The position numbers and the translations under genes were made by a program. Source: a virus. Taken from it: a stretch of 64,000 nucleotides of DNA. Numbering within the stretch: position 1 is the stretch's first letter; every line of letters starts with the position of its first letter. The stretch spans positions 54,471 to 118,470 of IMG/VR virus record IMGVR_UViG_3300032313_000500; one strand, given 5' to 3'. The notes beneath the pieces were generated by a model that saw only the letters and a list, made by a program, of their open reading frames with translations, had not been told where the DNA came from and made no database searches. Shown here one piece after another: positions 62,579 through 64,000 of the stretch.

Positions 62579-64000
62579 TATTTTCTCCTGATTGTTGGTG
62601 GTGCGGAAAACAAAACAGCAGTCCCTATACCAATTATGACACGACGGCCACTAACCGGAATTGAAGAACCAAGAGGCACATATGTGTCAATCGGTCCTGA
62701 GAAGACGTTAATTTCAGATTCCATTGATTCTCTAACTTCGGTTGGGGCATCCTGAACTGCCTCAACAAGTTGTTCTGCTTCTTCTGGGGTGACGTTAGTT
62801 ATCTCAACTGCGTCAAAGATTTCTGTGGCTTGGTCGCCGTCAATACTCTCCAAGACTTTTGCGCTAGTAGCAAGGTCTGTTGCTTGGTCTTCGGTAACTC
62901 CGTTTTCAATAACTGAGTCAACTGCAGCCGCGACCTGTTCTTCTGTAACTGTTTCTGATTCCAAAACACCAACCAGTTCTTCAAACTGCTCGTCGGAAAT
63001 TGGCTCGTCTAAAACCGCATCAATGATTGCGTCAAACTTCTCATCAGTGATTGGTTCGTCAAACACCGCGCTAAGGGCTTCAGTGAATTGCTCTACGGTA
63101 AGTGGCTCATCAAATACTGCCTGCACAGCGGCGTCAAACTGTTCGTCGCTAAGAGTCTTGGTGTCTTCAAAGACCGCAGCAACTGCGTCTTCAAACTGAG
63201 CATCAGACAATGGACCGTCAAACACTGCCACAACTGCGTCTTCAAACTGTGCTTCCGAGAGTTGAGTTGGGTCTTCAAAAACAGCATCTACTGCAGCGGC
63301 AAAGTTCTCGTTTGATAAAGGACCATCAAAAACCGATTCAATTACGGTGGCAAACTGAGTGTCTGATAGTTCTTGGTCAAGAAGCGAGTTAACAACAGCG
63401 GTTAGTTGTGTTGGTGTTTCTGCGTCTGCAACTAGGTCATCAACAGCATTTGCAATTCCTGCATCAGACATAGGGCCGTCAAAGATATCTGCAACTGCAG
63501 CGTCGGCTGCTTCTTGAGTGTCTACAGGAACAACTATCGGCGGTTCGTCCGTTTGTGTTGTTGTCTCTTGTTCTGGGGCATATTGTGGTAGCGAGGTGGC
63601 GGGTCCATCACCTTCGGTGTTACCTTCGCTCGTGGGTGTCTCAACTGGGGTTACCTCCACTGGGTCAAATATTGTTTGAATAAGAGTTGTTGTGGTTGGG
63701 GAAATTACTGTTTCTGTTTCTGGAATTGAAACAGTGGTGTTATCTGTTGGAATCGTCTCAATAGGAGGGGGGACAACTTCTGGTTCAGTAGTTGTTGTAT
63801 TATTAACAGGTGAAACTATTGTTGTGCTTGTGGTCGTTGTGGGCACTATTGATGTACTTGTTGTACTAGTAGTTGTCGTGGTCGTAACAGGAGTTGCACT
63901 AACGGTATAAGTTTCAACCATTGACGAATAGACACCAAGTGTGTCGTTGTCTGCACGAACCCTAAATTGGTACTCGGTTCCGTTTGTCAGGTTGTAAACA
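62578..64000 (-). CDS. Membrane-anchored FN3 + Thr-rich stalk + acidic repeat protein, 5'-truncated
   Basis: Frame open to the window end: VYNLTNGTEYQFRVRADN (FN3 strands); TTTT stalk; ~12 acidic 17-19-aa repeats; C-terminal hydrophobic anchor followed by IRRK. Confidence 0.8.
   Translation of the reverse strand, partial: VYNLTNGTEYQFRVRADNDTLGVYSSMVETYTVSATPVTTTTTTSTTSTSIVPTTTTSTTIVSPVNNTTTTEPEVVPPPIETIPTDNTTVSIPETETVISPTTTTLIQTIFDPVEVTPVETPTSEGNTEGDGPATSLPQYAPEQETTTQTDEPPIVVPVDTQEAADAAVADIFDGPMSDAGIANAVDDLVADAETPTQLTAVVNSLLDQELSDTQFATVIESVFDGPLSNENFAAAVDAVFEDPTQLSEAQFEDAVVAVFDGPLSDAQFEDAVAAVFEDTKTLSDEQFDAAVQAVFDEPLTVEQFTEALSAVFDEPITDEKFDAIIDAVLDEPISDEQFEELVGVLESETVTEEQVAAAVDSVIENGVTEDQATDLATSAKVLESIDGDQATEIFDAVEITNVTPEEAEQLVEAVQDAPTEVRESMESEINVFSGPIDTYVPLGSSIPVSGRRVIIGIGTAVLFSAPPTIRRK

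Noticed and set aside
1-64000. Prophage integration module, IS elements or alternative genetic code
   Set aside because: No integrase or transposase motifs or terminal inverted repeats found; long genes translate intact with code 11 and end in all three stop codons

Overview
A 64 kb segment of a large tailed dsDNA phage genome; both ends are open. An actinobacterial host is inferred from two WhiB genes, an Rpf-type transglycosylase, leaderless sigmaA-type promoters and actinobacterial-type SOS-like boxes. Layout: (i) 0-11.6 kb, HK97-fold major capsid protein, small basic/Cys-rich putative head proteins, SNase-like nuclease, class II RNR (nrdJ), tRNA-Ile(UAU), tRNA-Arg(UCU), histone-like protein, a HicA-like/HTH/LexA-DBD operon, SGNH hydrolase and metallophosphoesterase. 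(ii) 11.65-12.1 kb, a noncoding control region with DnaA boxes and four tandem SOS-like repeats. (iii) 12.1-21.8 kb, a 3212-aa multi-effector protein in which ten G-[FL]-[AS]-S linkers delimit nine segments: four zincin metallopeptidases, at least one and possibly three ADP-ribosyltransferase-like domains, and others. This is a candidate virion-delivered polyprotein. (iv) 22-33 kb, replication/regulation genes (primase-helicase, WhiB, SSB, Rpf, DUF932, SNF2 helicase). (v) 30-53 kb, a divergent block of small genes driven by about 33 copies of one mostly leaderless promoter. It is interleaved with DnaA boxes at a fixed distance from those promoters, 11 same-strand copies of ACGGTGGYGGAAAG, three candidate structured ncRNAs and a family of CxxC micro-ORFs. 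(vi) 53-64 kb, initiator/loader-like pair, RHH proteins, second WhiB, HslV-like peptidase, phosphoesterase, lysis genes and an FN3/acidic-repeat membrane protein. All family calls are by motif recognition without database searches, and motif counts were made by eye.
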